In this document: positions 25,495 through 41,045 of the stretch, piece by piece
Position numbering within the stretch: the first letter of the stretch is position 1
How the letters are laid out: each line of letters begins with the position of its first letter
Source of the DNA: the human T2T-CHM13v2.0 reference genome, Homo sapiens
Assembly (NCBI RefSeq): GCF_009914755.1
Contig: NC_060931.1
Direction: 5' to 3' (one strand)
Length of the DNA stretch: 64,000 bases
Notes under the pieces: generated by a model
Told to the model about the DNA's origin: nothing
Seen by the model: only the letters and a program-made list of their open reading frames with translations
Databases searched by the model: none
Program-made: the position numbers and the translations under genes

Positions 25495-26740
25495 TATTCA
25501 GTTAATCAATATTTATTATGCACTCAACTGGTGCCAGACACTGAGGACAGAAGAGTGAACAAGAGATACATTGATCCTTTCTCTCATGGAACTCCAAATA
25601 TGTCAAGATGTGTAGTCTTTATACAATAATTTTAAGTGTGATGAGTGCTGCCTAAGGGAATCGTATGTATATGGGATCTTCTGTATGTATATTCATCTAA
25701 TCTCATATAAAGAGTCAGGGAAAACCTCTTTTTCAATGTGCTATAACATCTAAGGGTTCTTTCAGAAGAAGGTAAGGGAGAAATAAATAAATGAGGGCTG
25801 GATTAAGTGAGGCTCTGAAGGTAAGGGAGAAATAAATAAATGAGGGCTGGATTAAGTGAGGCTCTATCAGGCATGCTCAGGATTTGGAAGTGTGTCCTGA
25901 GAGCAAAGATACTGCTATGTTCTACTGAAGCAGATGACAAAATTAGATTTTCATTTCCCACAAAGATCTCCTTAACTATTCTGGGGATTTGAGGGTGGCA
26001 AGAGTAGATGTTTATAGAGCAGTGGAAAGTTATTTTTGTGCTCTCAAAAAGTAATGATGGTGGCACGGAGATGGAAAGAAGCAGATTAAAAAAATATTTA
26101 GAGGGTAGATTTTATAACCTGCCATGGTGGGTGGCAAGGCTTTTCACTGAGATTGGAAACAGGGAAGGAGGAGTAGGATTCTGTGGGGTAGGGGTAGGCT
26201 ATACATGTGATTTTGGGCACACTGAGTTAGAGGTTCATGGAGACGTCAAGTCAGAGAATTCTTAGATGGAAAAAAAATAAACCTGAAAGAAAACAGCATA
26301 TGGCTAGATGGTACTATAATTTTAGCCATGAGTAAATGAAATTGCCAAGAGACAGGGTGAGAAGTGGAAACAAGAATCTGGAGCAGCTGTCTGATGAACT
26401 TCAACATTTAAGTCACTGAAACAATGGACTGGTAAAAGAGAAGAGGAAAGGGCAGCCATGGAAGCAATGAGAAAATTAAAAAAACTTCATGTTGCAAAAG
26501 CCAAGCAAAGGGTGTTGAAGACAAGACACTTAACTGTGGCCAAAGCTTCTGCACAGTCCAGCAAGACAAGGACATAAAATCTGTAGAACCGAATGATGTG
26601 CAGATCACTGGTGACACTGGCTGCCAGTTACGGCAGTATTTACGGTGGAGTGGTTGGTGAAGCCAGATTGGAATAGGTTTAAAAATGAATGAAAGGAAAA
26701 TACAGAATTATCCTAATAGAGAAGTCATTCAAGAAGCTTG
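25495..26740 (-). mobile_element. L2 fragments
   Basis: attcagttaatcaatatttattatgcactcaactggtgccagacactg (L2 3' end, reversed) followed by typical purine-rich L2 body. Confidence 0.65.
25768..25865. repeat. Perfect 49-bp tandem duplication
   Basis: gaaggtaagggagaaataaataaatgagggctggattaagtgaggctct at 25768 and 25817. Confidence 0.95.
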
Positions 26741-27755
26741 GCTTTGGACAAATGAACTTTCCTTCCACTGTATAATACCATTAAATTCTCAAGAGAAATG
26801 TAGGACATCTCTTAAAAAAGGATCTAGTCTTTGGAGAAATCTATAATCATATTTGTTGATGTATCAGAGATTACTGGACAAAGTTCTCCCAGTTTATCTG
26901 TTTATTCATTCATTTCTTTATTCTTAATTAATCAAGCATTAAAGTAGCAAACATGAATTTAATATCTATAGTGTGTAAGATACTTGACAAGACCTTAATG
27001 GGGGAGATTATAGACCTTTTTATCAGGCTGCTGTGAACTAAGCTGAGAGGGAAGCAATAAGTAGCACCTACCTCTCCCATCTTAACAAAATAAGACAAAA
27101 AAAATGAATAAGGCAAATAAAGATCCATAACATTCCCACATTTATTACTCACAAAGGCTCACCTAGGGATACGGTTTAATGTGAGAATCAAGGGCTTCTG
27201 GCAAAACCCAGAGGACCAATTTATTCATTGGCAGTGTGGAACCAGGGCAGGGCTTCCATGTAAGGGTAGAATCTGTTCCCAGAAGGGCAAAGTAGAATGT
27301 TTAGGGGAAGAAAAGGGGAACTGAGCCAAGAAGGTCCAGGTTCATCTTCCAAGTTGTGTCACTCAGATAAATCCCTGCACCTCTTCTGGGCAGAGTGAGT
27401 AAAAGAGATGGTAGAATGCAAATTCAGTACTCTCCTAGACATTCAAGGCAACATGGAGGGTGGAGAAGACATGTCTCCCCCAACTCTGAGCAACTATATA
27501 GAGTACTACAATAATGATTTGTTAAGTGATACTCAATGACATAAAATACCTGAATAAAATTTTCTAGGAAGACAGTGTAGCAATTAGAAACAAGGGTACC
27601 TAAAGCAGTTGTCTGAGGAACTCCAATATTTGTCAGTGAGAGAAGAAACTGGTCTTATATTTCCTGCATTATTAGAAACATTTATTTAGAGCATACTAAC
27701 CATCAGGCACTAAGCTAGGCAGTGTACAGTCAAGGAGAATGTGGTCCAAATGATA

Positions 27756-28191
27756 TGTAATAATTTTCTAGGGCTGCCATAATTAAACACCACAAACTGA
27801 GTGGCTTCAATCATAGATATTTATTGTCTTACATTCAGGAGGTTAAAGTCCTATATCAAGGCGTTGGCAGGGCCAGCTCCCTCTGGAGGCACTATGGAAG
27901 GATCTATTTCAGGCTTCTCTCTTAGGTTCTGGTAGCTTTTTGGCCCATGGCAACATAATTGCAGTCTTCACATGGTATTTTCCCTGTGTGCACATCTGGG
28001 TTCCAATTTCTTCTTTTTATAAGGACACCAGTCATACTGGATGAAGGGTCTACCCCTACTCCAGGATGACCACGTCCTAACTAATTATATCTGCAATGAT
28101 CATATTTCCCAATAAAGTCACCATCTGAGATACTGGGGGTTTGGACTTCACCATATGAATCTGGGGGTGGGGGCACAATTCAACTCATAAA
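27756..28191 (-). mobile_element. MLT1B/C-like MaLR LTR
   Basis: tagggctgccata..accacaaactgagtggctt..tttataaggacaccagtcatactgga..cacaattcaactcata. Confidence 0.8.
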
Positions 28192-28778
28192 ATGGTGTAC
28201 TGGATCAGTTCACTGTGCAGTCCACTGAACCAATATTTAACATCTCAAGGACTGCAAATTATTGTTTCATGCTATATCATATTTGTTTCCCTGATTAATA
28301 TGGAAAATAGAAATTAACTTTGCTGCATTTTAGATAATATATCTTTCTTCTGTATCGGCTTAAATTTTTTAAAAATGACATATATTGGATATTGTGTAAG
28401 TTGTTAAGAAATTACCCGTTAAGAACCGAGCAAACTTCGTAATAATGGGAGGGAAATAACCAGACCTTACACGCCAACCAAGCTTGCCTGTGTCAGCTAC
28501 TCCTGCGAGTATTCCTAGTCCCATGCAGCCTGATGAGAAAAATGTGCATGTAAGCATGCTGTCGCACACATCATATATATATCAGATCTGTGGTTTGAGA
28601 ATTTCTGGACTATTTAAATTCTGACTAGGGAGAAGGAGCCAAATAACCCATGCATGTTTTACCTTTTTTATAGTGGCGTGAAGCTATATTTGATTAGGAA
28701 GTGGCTAAGTAAAATTGTCCTTTTTGACTTTTAAGATGCATTTCTCAGTATGCTTTTATTGTTAAATTGAAAAATAGT

Positions 28779-28892
28779 CTTTTTTTTTTTTTTGAGACGG
28801 GGTCTTGTTCTGTCACCAGACTGGGTGCAGTGGCGATCTTGGCTCACTGCAACCTCTGACTCCCAGGTTCAAGTGATTCTCCTGCCTCAGCT
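28779..28892 (-). mobile_element. 5'-truncated Alu (right-arm 3' end)
   Basis: polyT + gagacggggtcttg..ctcctgcctcagc, then ends abruptly. Confidence 0.85.
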
Positions 28893-30084
28893 TCATATGT
28901 AAAATATAATGTTTTCCTTATTTACTGCTAAAACGAACAGACTTTATCAAACACTGACATTTTTTGTGCATTCCCCATTGCGTTTCTGTGTCTCTTAGAT
29001 GTCGTTCAAACCAGAACAAGAATTTTTTTTTTTCACTGACAATAAAAACAAAGAATATTTCAGTAAAGAAGAAACACCTCTTCTTAAAGGATGCTAATGA
29101 TGTAAAAATTTTCTATGGGACTAGGACTGTTAAATAGAATTCCTAGAAATTCTATAGAAACATTGGGGCACGAAACAGACATTTATAACATATAGTCTTA
29201 TAAACAATGATCTATAAAAACATATTTTATTAATACCTACACTTTAACTGTTGTGAAGAATTAAGAAATTTAATTCCTTTCATCTTACCTGCCCTGAGGG
29301 TTTTGTTGAATTCAGTAAATATAATTTTCTCCTTTCCATAAGAAATTCAGAAGGGCTCAAAGATCTGTACATAGTGCAGGAACTGAAAGCGTTTAATTGG
29401 GAGAGAATAAATGTATGTATTTGTGCATTTAGTTCAGTCCTTATAAATTCTATGGTTCTGGTACAGTCTAAGGTTTTGATATTACAAAAATATGCATAGC
29501 AGCCATTCCGTTTGCTTTCTTGTTTATTGCCCTGCCAGTATCTAACATGTTGCTTCTCAGGTACAAGACCAATGATAAGTTAGAATGTCATGGTTTTCAA
29601 CGTTCCCACCCAGTTTCATTAAAGAATAACCAGAAGCCAAGATAAAACCATCTCAAGAAGAAGAATACACATTTAATATCTTATCCATATTTTCATGTGA
29701 CACAGTCTATGTATACAGTTAACATGCAGCTTTCTGTAACTGCCGTCTTTTGAAATGAGGGAAAATAATTGATTTGTTTTTAAGGTAGATAGAAAAATTT
29801 ATTCCTTTAAACTGTCATAAAGTTTGAATTTCCAAAATTTATTTTACCCTGTGATTTATATTTATAATGGCTATGTGACAACTTTTAAGAAATCCAATAA
29901 TTTTTTCTCCTTGTCTTCATATTATTTCTTTGGAAGTAGGCATGGCTGGAAAACATTTAAGCTGAGAGAAAAAAAGGATCAGGGAACATATTTGTAGTTC
30001 GTAAAGAGAATAGGAATAATTTGAAATGTAAACTTTTTTTACGTTTCCTTTAAAAATTCCCCGATAACAACAGTCTCCATAAGA

Positions 30085-30320
30085 AGCAGTAGAACGTAAT
30101 AGTTAAGGCTTGTGTCAGGCCACCTAGGTTTGAATCTGTCCTTTAAAGTGGGATGTTGAACAAGTTATTTAATAACTCTGTGGATGCTTCAATTTTCTTA
30201 ACTGTACAATGGGGATAATGAAGTTACCTACCTATAAGGATTAGATGAGACTTATCTATAAAGTGCTTAGAGTAGTAAACTGCTAGAATATAGTAGGTGT
30301 TCAGTAAATGTTGTATATTA
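30085..30320 (+). mobile_element. MIR
   Basis: tagttaag..ggtttgaatc..caagttatttaa..tgtacaatggggataat..gtgttcagtaaatgtt. Confidence 0.75.
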
Positions 30321-31703
30321 TTACCACTGAATTCTATTATTTATAATACTAAATAGAGTAGTTAAATTGGTCAAGCAATTTAAATGATTTCTGCCTACAG
30401 AAACAAAAGGTATGGTCAATTTTCTATAATTTTTAGATTAGGGGTTTTCAAAAAGTAATGCAAATGTCAGAAAAGGATATACATAAAGGTGGTATTTCTT
30501 CTTTAAAAGGTGTTTGCATCAATTGAGCTTTTCTTCCTCAATAGAGACATGTAATGGGGTTAAGTAATTTAAAGGAGGAAAAGCAATCTTCAGAAACCAT
30601 GCATTCTTTTCAAGTTCTCTATTATGTTCTCTAGAGTTCTGCATTTGCTTTTGTTGGGCACCAGGGGCTGCTACCGAGCTACAAACTTGGCATCACTTTG
30701 GCACCTTTGAGAGCAACTGATTTAAAGCAAAATCAGAAACGCAGCTCCCCAATTTTATACTGGTCCAAAGCTTGGTCTTCTCATATACCCCCAGGGCAAC
30801 TTTGGCTTTCTAGTCTGCTTATAACTGATTCCTCCTCACTCTGGTTTCTGCTCATTTGTGGTAGTGGCCACTGTGTTGGATGTGGTGGGGCTTAAAGATT
30901 TCTCCATGCTTTTGTGCAAACCCAATAATCCCATTAAAAAGTGTGTTTGTTATATTGATCTAAGGTTTTATTGGATTGTGGTGGGAGGACTGTTTGCTTC
31001 ACTGCTGGAAGCTGGCTTAGAATTTGAACTACAGGCTCTTGTAAATAAATCAACACTTCAGGGTTGATATTTGGACAAAAGAAAAATATGATTGTGTTGA
31101 TTTTTATATATGGGAAATTATGATTATTTTATTTCTAATATAATTATTTGTAAACTTATATAATTGATTTTTCATCGTGGCTGTACTATAGATTATACTC
31201 TGTAATGAAAAGTGTAGGACACATTTCAGTGTCTTCAGAAAGGGAGCAGTCACGCATTCTACACAGTCAGTTCATCAAGAAGTCCAGATTGTCAATTATT
31301 GCTCAAAGAATGCTCTTATCCATTTTCTTACTTTTCCTAAACCTTCTAAAATGAGAAGAATTCTAATATGGGTACTAAAATATTTGCACATTGTATAGTG
31401 ACTTTTTTTTGCTCACCATCTTTTATATATATATATATATATAAATTTTTTTTTTTTTTTTGACACAGTGAAACATGCACATGGTACAAAATCCAGAAAC
31501 ACAATGGAGGAAAACAGTGCAAAGCAAGCTTTAAAATCCAGGGCTCTAGCCATCAAGTTAGCAGTAATAATTATCTTTGTGACCCTTCAGAGATTTTTCT
31601 ATGCAAATTGATTATTGACTTTTAGTCAGTTTTTGACTCTTCGTGCTCTGAAGTGGTTCTAAGTGCTAAAAAAAATTCATTATAATTAATATATAAGATA
31701 TGA

Positions 31704-32068
<365 letters not shown>

Positions 32069-32230
32069 TTAAACAGTGTGGCAAATATATCTATACCATA
32101 TTTTTGCAGATGTAAACAACCGCTTCCCTTTATTATTTGAGGCCAGGGAGAAAACGTAAGTCTAGAAGGAGATATTAGAATTAGGGAAAGTTAGTGTAAT
32201 GGTTAACTGTGCTTCTGATTTTTGGGATGA

Positions 32231-32555
<325 letters not shown>

Positions 32556-33614
32556 TATATATGTAACATTTATAAGCAAATTACATCTCTTCTATTCAGG
32601 GTCTAGCCAGGGGTATGTGAATTACTGAGAATGCATATTTCGTGCCTCACAATTATTTTTCTTCTATATCTAAAACCCATAATTAGTTACAAATTGTTTG
32701 AAGTACTAAAAGAACAATATGGAAAATTATGAAAATAGAAAATTCAAAGTCTGTGGGTAGAAGGTGACAAGGAAAACATTTCCTAAAACTAAATTGAAAA
32801 GAATCACAGAAAGATTAGTAGAGGAAATTATTTTAGATTAACAGGGGAGAAGAAAATATCTAAAGATATTTATCATAAAGAAACAAGTCCCCCAAATTCT
32901 TAACAAACTTTGGGGTGAAAGAAACTGATACAAATGTTGACATACTTAAAAAACCACAGCAAGGTATGAAATAAAGAACATGCACATACAACATTTCTTA
33001 GAGCTTGCCTTCAATTTTTTTTTTAATCAGGAGCATAGTATTATATAAAACAGGAGGCCACTTTCTGAAGTTCCAGGAAATTCAAAGGAGATGAAAGAGA
33101 AAATTAGGAAGACTTTAAATTTGATCTTGATAATTCAAGAGCTATTCTTTGGGGCAAAATTGGAGTCAACGTATTTTTTGATGAGGGCAAAAAGTCAAAT
33201 GGGAAAAAACATCACAATACTGTTCCCATTGATAGAGTCATGTAGAAGCAATGGGTGCTCAGAGAGACCTTATGCCCTCTTCAAAAAGAAAGGCCAGTCC
33301 TCAGCCAGAAATAACTAGAGCCATCACTGACAATAAAGTAGCTGTGATTTCACACCAACAATCATAATCACTTTCCTGAGGAGAACTATAAGAAACCCAG
33401 GGACACAGGTGAAAATCAGACCTACAGAGAATATATGACTGTGATTAGAAAAAAAGCTTAGATTCTAAGAAAGCCTGGAGAACCTGAAGAAACTTAAACA
33501 TTTTCACAATTCCATGGGCTTTCTGTAACTGCTGGAGAAACCTGAGGTGCTACGCTGGTTGTCCTTGTTCTGCCTTCCTCACTCATGGATCAAATCTCCC
33601 TCACACACAAATTA

Positions 33615-34075
<461 letters not shown>

Positions 34076-35506
34076 CTAAAACTAGTCCTGATTTCCCTTA
34101 CTAAAATGGTATGTTTACAATCACTATAATAGTTTAATATTAATAGTAATATAATTACCATTATAATTATAAAATTATTAATAGTAATGTTATAATTACA
34201 ATCACCACAAACTCTAAAGTGATATCATTACTTTTTAATTACACCTAGACAGTCAGAACATTTTACAATTAGGGCAGTTATAACTTTCAAATAATTCTTT
34301 CAAGAAAAGATGGAATGCTGGTCATTTATAGATGGAATATCTAATTTTAGAAGGCTAATTTAAACTAGCCCCAGAAATTTTCCCATTCAATGGAGAGATA
34401 AAACCCAGTACTCTGGGAACAAGATCATAAAATTAAGCCCTTCTCACCCCGCTCAAAAAAGATAAATATCTGGGTAGATACACAAATCGCAGTCTCTGTG
34501 AACCCACACAAAAATAAGCAGGGCATAGGCGTTGGGGTGGTTTCAGAGTGGGGCATTATTCACAGGAAAACAGCGAGATTCACTAGGGAGGACATAATTC
34601 TTCTGACAGTGACAGGGTCTCATTCACAGAACCAGGACTGATGGTGCATGCACAGTCAGCGTGCCAAGCAGCACAGGACCTGGATGCGGGTCCCTAATGG
34701 TGAACTGAGATCATTGCCGAGGACACTTGGTGATCACATAAGGGACACTCTGTTTGCTCTCTGGGAGATGCAGTTCATTTGCACTAATTGCAGGCTTGGG
34801 GGCCTGGAGAAGGCAGCTCTGTGTACACATACTGTATTCTCTTTGTTGGCGAAGGTAGCTCTCATGGGCCCTGTTCCTCTTGGCATTGTGTGTGTGTGTG
34901 TCTGTATTAACAGAGAGATTTAAATGCTTTTAAAATATATGCGCATTTCTAATTCTTTGCACTAGGCTTACTAATAGCTTGTGAGGGGAAGCTACAAGAT
35001 AATAGTGAATTACTTTCCGGAAAAGTTTAGCAGGTAACTCATGAAATAAAAGAAATCCAAGAAAGCTTAACCTAATTACTCTGGTTTACATGATCTTGCT
35101 TTCCTGAAGGAGAGTTCAATCTTTTAAAAAATTCAATTGACTTATCTATTAACCATCTATCTATCTTTGGTATTGCCAAAGCTAGGGAGGCTGGCTAATT
35201 CTCATCTCTAAGAATATGTATTTTAAAATGCACTTCTGTATACTTTTTTTTTAGTTATACAACTTTTGAAGGAATATAGGATCAGGGATATATCCTTCAA
35301 ACTTAGGAAACACTGCATATTGAATATACTGAATAGTGTAAAATGAGCATGAAAGGAATGTAATCAGTTGATACAGTAAAACTGACATCCTCTAGAGATT
35401 AGACAAGATTGACTAAAAAATAAAGATTTACTAAGTACTTGAAATATTTAAAGGTATATGCTAATCGCTGAACAGGCAAACAGAAAAATAAAAAAAGTCC
35501 TTGTTT

Positions 35507-35798
<292 letters not shown>

Positions 35799-36232
35799 GT
35801 CCTTGTTCTAATAATGTTTACAATATATATATGGGGATGCCAGACATGCACATTATGAAAAGTTACCAACAAGTACCAGGCTAATACCTTCCAAACACAT
35901 GAAAAGTGCAAATTGTATTACTGTCATTCAGAGATGATCAGTTTTTACTTTTCATTGTGAAAAGTCAACAGGGGATTCCCAGGAAATAAGAAAAATTTTT
36001 ATTGGATTTTGAATAAAGAGAATTCAAATGTGGGAATGGTCTGATCACACAGGTGAAAATGTTTTGCGTGTGTAGTGTGGATGAGAGAAAGGAGTTTATA
36101 TACGGGATTAATGGGAGCCCGTGCTAACAGAGATGTTCTTGTCAAATGTAACAGGACCTGAGTTGCTACCTGAGGAATTTGAACCAATGGAAACAGAAGC
36201 TCATTCAAGTTTTGAGGATAGTTGCATGACCT

Positions 36233-36539
36233 GTTTTTGTTGTTGTTGTTGTTTGTTGGGATAGGGTCTCACTCTGTTACCCAGGCTGGAGTGCAGAGGC
36301 ATGATCATGGCTCCTTGCAGCCTTGACCTTCCTGGGCTCAAGTGATCCTCCCACCTAAGCCTGCCAAGGAGCTGGGACTACAGATGTGTACCACCAGGTC
36401 TGGCTAATTTTTATATTTTTTGTAGACACAGGATTTTGTCATGTTGCCCAGGCTGGTCTTGAATTCCTGACCTCAAGTGATCTACCTGCCTCAGCCCCAC
36501 AAAGTGCTGGGATTACAAGTGTGAGTCATCACGCCCTGC
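36233..36539 (-). mobile_element. AluJ
   Basis: Reverse Alu with (TTG)n tail; TSD catgacct. Confidence 0.9.
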
Positions 36540-38617
36540 CATGACCTAGTTTTGGTTCAGGAATTTTTACCTATGGTGGAATAAAAGGTAATTGGATCAG
36601 GAAGGATCCTGGAGGCATACAGATCCCTTAGGGAACTATAGTCCACAAATGAGTTAGTAAGGCAGTGCTCTAGGATGGTGCAGTGATATTTCGAAGGCAA
36701 GGATGGGAGCCAAAGGCCCTTTTGTGCCTAATAAACAATACCAAGACTGGGGGAAAGAAACAAAATGATAATTCTGAGGAATATGGGTGAAAAGTAGAAT
36801 TACAGAAATCAGGTAAAGGGCTTTGTGAATTGGTTTGCTTGCTTGTTCTGTGGGAGAAGAGTTTAAGTGAAATGTGTTGCATTTAAGTTGCAGAAGTAAT
36901 GCTTAGGTGATGCTGTCCAGTGGGCAGCAGTTAGAAATATACCTTAAACACAGGAGAGCAGTGAAGGGTGCAGATAAATCTGTAGAATTTGAAGCCATGG
37001 GGCTGACATCAACTCTAATAAGATAAACAGAAAGATGAAAATATCTAAATATAGGTGATGTTAATGTTAAGGTTTCCGGGGGATATAAATTTTAAACATC
37101 GGTTCAAAAACAATCTGTAAGATGATGTAAGGATACATCGTACTTGTCATTAAATCTAACATCACTGCTATGAGCCTAGTAAAAGACAAATACAATGGAA
37201 TACAATGTAGACTAAATCCTCTAAGCTGCAGGATTGCGATTTACTTTGGGGAGGTCAGAAGTCCCTTTGTCTTTGGCATGGTTAACAGTTCTGGGACATG
37301 TGTTGGAGAGCGGATGAGTTCAGGTATTACTAGATCCAAATCTCAACTCGCCAGTAAATAAACTTTTACTTTAGTTAAGGACTTTAAGCAAAATTTCAGT
37401 ATCTCATTCATAAAATAAGTATAGAATTATTATGGGATTAGAGATAATATATGTATTATATGCCTGGTACATTGTTTGTATCCATTAGAGGAGAGTGGCC
37501 ATTATTATTTATTTTCATGTTTCTCCTTTTTTATTATTGACAAGGATAAAACTACATATCTAAGGATAGAATTGTATTGATTTCCATTACCAAGGCAATG
37601 TGTGACAGAGGGAGAAATATTTCTGTCCTGACACTGAAAAATCATTATATGGTTTTACTAGGTGTCATGGGCTAACTCTATGTGTCTGGTGCAATTTTGA
37701 GCAGAAGGAAAGAACACTCAGTAAAATAAATATTCACATGTCATGTGAATTTCGATAACATTGATAATGTTAGCAGAACTTCCTGGAGAACTTATATATT
37801 TAAAGGTGGTCATTGAGTTTAGATAGATAAGGTCTGAGAGAAAAAGAAAACTGCAGTTTAAGTATAATCTCTAGTTCAAAGGAGAAAAGATGAAAAAAAA
37901 AAATAGGAATCAGATATAAACCGAGGAATCACCTACAAGCTTTATTTACTTAGAGCAAAGTTTTGGTTAAATATATATAAAGCCAAATATTGGTAGATTT
38001 GATGCTTATACATGCACAGAATTTTAAAAACTAGGAATTTTTTATACGCAGAGAAGGATGTAAGTTCACTGTACATGATTTCAGGAAATAAAAGCAATAT
38101 GAAGTTTTTGGTAACTAGAAATTTATAATGCCACTTTGAAAGATATACAGGTAAAATAGTGGTTATATGTTTATATATCACTAAGAAATATATTTATGCT
38201 TGTATTTGGTTATATAAGACTCAGGATAGCATGGCAGCCACACATATGGATTGTGGACCAAGTTTTCCTACATATGAACTCCAGTTACTAGGCAAAGTAT
38301 CTCAGTTTCCTAATCTGTAAAGCAGTACCTAGTTGATGGGACAGTTAAGATAGTTAAATGAACTAATACCTATAATGAGGTTAGGCCACTCCTAAAGCAT
38401 GGTAAGCATTCAAAAGAAGTGAATTATTTTATTGCTTATTACTATTATCAATATTCCTTCGTAATGGAATAATGTTACCTCAATATGTTTTTTATATTCT
38501 CCAAATGTGCCTCATTGATTATAATATTTATGCTCTGAATTGAAGTTTGATATTAATTATTACTATAGTTAGTTGATATAGGGCAGTGTTAACTAAAATT
38601 TAAGTGACATGTTTCTC

Positions 38618-38925
38618 TCTCTCTCTTTTTGTTTGTCTTAGACGAGGTCTCACTCTGTTGCCCAGGCTGAAGTGCAGTGGCACCATCACGGCTCATTGCA
38701 ACCTTGACCTCCTCGGGCTCAGGTGATTCTCCCACCTCAGCCTCCCAAGAAGCTGGGACTACAGGTGTGTGCTACCATGCCTGGCTAATTTTTGTGTTTG
38801 TGTGTTTTGCAGAGATGGGGTTTTGCCATGTTGCCCAGGCTGGTCTCAAACTCCTATGAAAGTGATCTGCCTGCCTTGATCTCCCAAAGTGCTGGAATTA
38901 CAGGCATGAGCCTCCGCACCTGGCT
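38618..38925 (-). mobile_element. AluJ
   Basis: Reverse Alu; TSD acatgtttctc. Confidence 0.9.
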
Positions 38926-40219
38926 AGGAACATGTTTCTCAGTCTTCTTTGAAATCTGGTGTCTGGTGAATGTGAAGAATGTGAAGAACACGAAGGCAGG
39001 GCAGAGACACTGTGCTAAAAAAAAAAAAAAAAAAACCCAATGTGATGAGTTTCAAAAGGTGAAGAGTTGGGAAATGTATATCAGAGGAGGTCAAAGAAAC
39101 TCCTAAAGTCTCTACTCAATAAATGTAAAGAGAAACAAAGACATTTCAAGGACTGGGATTGTCAAAGGACTTCTAATACTGGATGATGGACCATTTTTTG
39201 GTTTGAGACTGTTCGGCTCATTTTTGAACAGTGGGTGAAGGGCTGCCTGATTTGTATATCTCTCATCTCCCCATAACAGGAAAGAAAAGCACAGTATAAG
39301 GGCCACTTGTCCAGCAGGCTTATTTACAGAGCCACTGTTGGCAGTATCCATTGACTGTCTTGAAAACCTAGAGTTGGCTAACAATTGTTCTCTACTATCA
39401 TCAAGCTGAGGAATCCAGAGATATGGCTAGGGTTGATCAAGAACAGTTCAGTTTTATCCAGTTTCTCTGGGGGTGATGAAGACCTCCTAACCATAAAAGC
39501 ACATCATCCTTATGCATAAGGTATGAATAGAAGGAAATTTGGCTTTCTAGATTCAGTAAGCCCCATAATTAAACAAGTTTCTAGTTTAAAAGTCTGTGGA
39601 TCAAGAATACTTCACTTTATTTGCCCTACACAGACAAGAAATGAAATAGGGATCAATGATCCTGGTTTAGCAGGAATATACTTTTTACATTTTTAACCAC
39701 AAGATGTTAACCAGTAAGAAATTTTGCAAATGTTATATGACCCCAGCCTCTGCTTCTTTTGTGGTTATTGCTTCAACCCAGCTGAGTTGTTCGGCTTCTC
39801 ATATCAAAGATCAGCTAAGAAAACGATGTACTATCGATGTAATTCTAATGAAATTATATAATTAAAAGCAAATATTTTGACACAGATACTTAAGAATCAA
39901 AAAAGAGGAAGGTATCTAATTGCTTGAAAATTGCCACATCATTTCATAGGAGACAAGTTACATTACTTATAGTGATTTTTAGCATTTGTATCTAGAAATC
40001 AATGATGCTAGAGTCCATTAATATATTTTAACTCACATATATTAAGGGAGGAGGTTGTCCTCCTCTGAGTAATCAAGATGAAAGCACCTTAGGTTTTATA
40101 CCTTGATTAGCACAAATTCGATTTTTGGTCTCCTTATGTTCATCTTATGTTCAATGAAGAACACCTTTATAGGCATTTTGAAAAAGGAAGATAAAAAGTA
40201 AGCTTATGAAGTTTTTCGC

Positions 40220-40305
40220 TGATAAAAATAACAGCATAAAAATTCCAATACTATGTTAGTTCCTTGATAAAAATAACAGCATAAAAATTCCAATACTATG
40301 TTAGT
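40220..40305. repeat. 41-bp exact direct duplication with a 4-bp spacer
   Basis: tgataaaaataacagcataaaaattccaatactatgttagt at 40220 and 40265. Confidence 0.95.
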
Positions 40306-41045
40306 AGAGAAACAGCACAATAAACCTGAAAATATAGACATCAAAGTGGTAATAAGAAATATCTTAAGAATAATATGTATGAAAGGTACACACACTAACA
40401 GTTTTTAAGAGCTTTAAATACGGACCTTAGATTTTTTTAATGCCCACTGCTATGCTACCATTAAAAAATAAATAATAAAATGAAATTTTGGAACCTTACT
40501 CCAAGAGGCTACCAAAATGCCACAGTTTTGTTGTTGTTTTGGTAATATTTAATTATGAATAATTTTATTTTAAAAATCTATTTCTGATGCTCTATTAAGT
40601 AATAAGAAAAATGCAAATCCATACTTTGCACAAGCACATTTTATATTTGTGTCTAATTCTTCACATATGTGGTACAATGATCATAAATCAAGGGCACAGC
40701 TATTATTTTGCTTGTACAAGGTAGTGGCTTCACATTGTTAATGTATAAAGATACATTCTTCATGTTTCCAGATCAGGTGGTAAGGAAAAAGAAACAAATA
40801 TATGGGCATTCTGCAGTTGTAGCGATTTTGAAAATTATATTCATTGAAGTTGTAAACTAAATCACATGACATAACCTCTACTGAGAGAAGTGCAAGCATA
40901 GCAAGATTTCGAAGAATAGATTTTCTCTAATATTAATTAACAGAGAGCTCAAAACTTTACACAACCATATATAAGACTTGCAATATCTTATAGAAGTTTC
41001 AATCATTCACTATATTGCTACTAATATTATATAATTGAAATAAAA

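Noticed and set aside
37731-37750. Short palindromes such as attcacatg-t-catgtgaat (others near 11050, 29135, 42125, 48800)
   Set aside because: Arms of 10 bp or less are expected by chance in 64 kb of AT-rich DNA.
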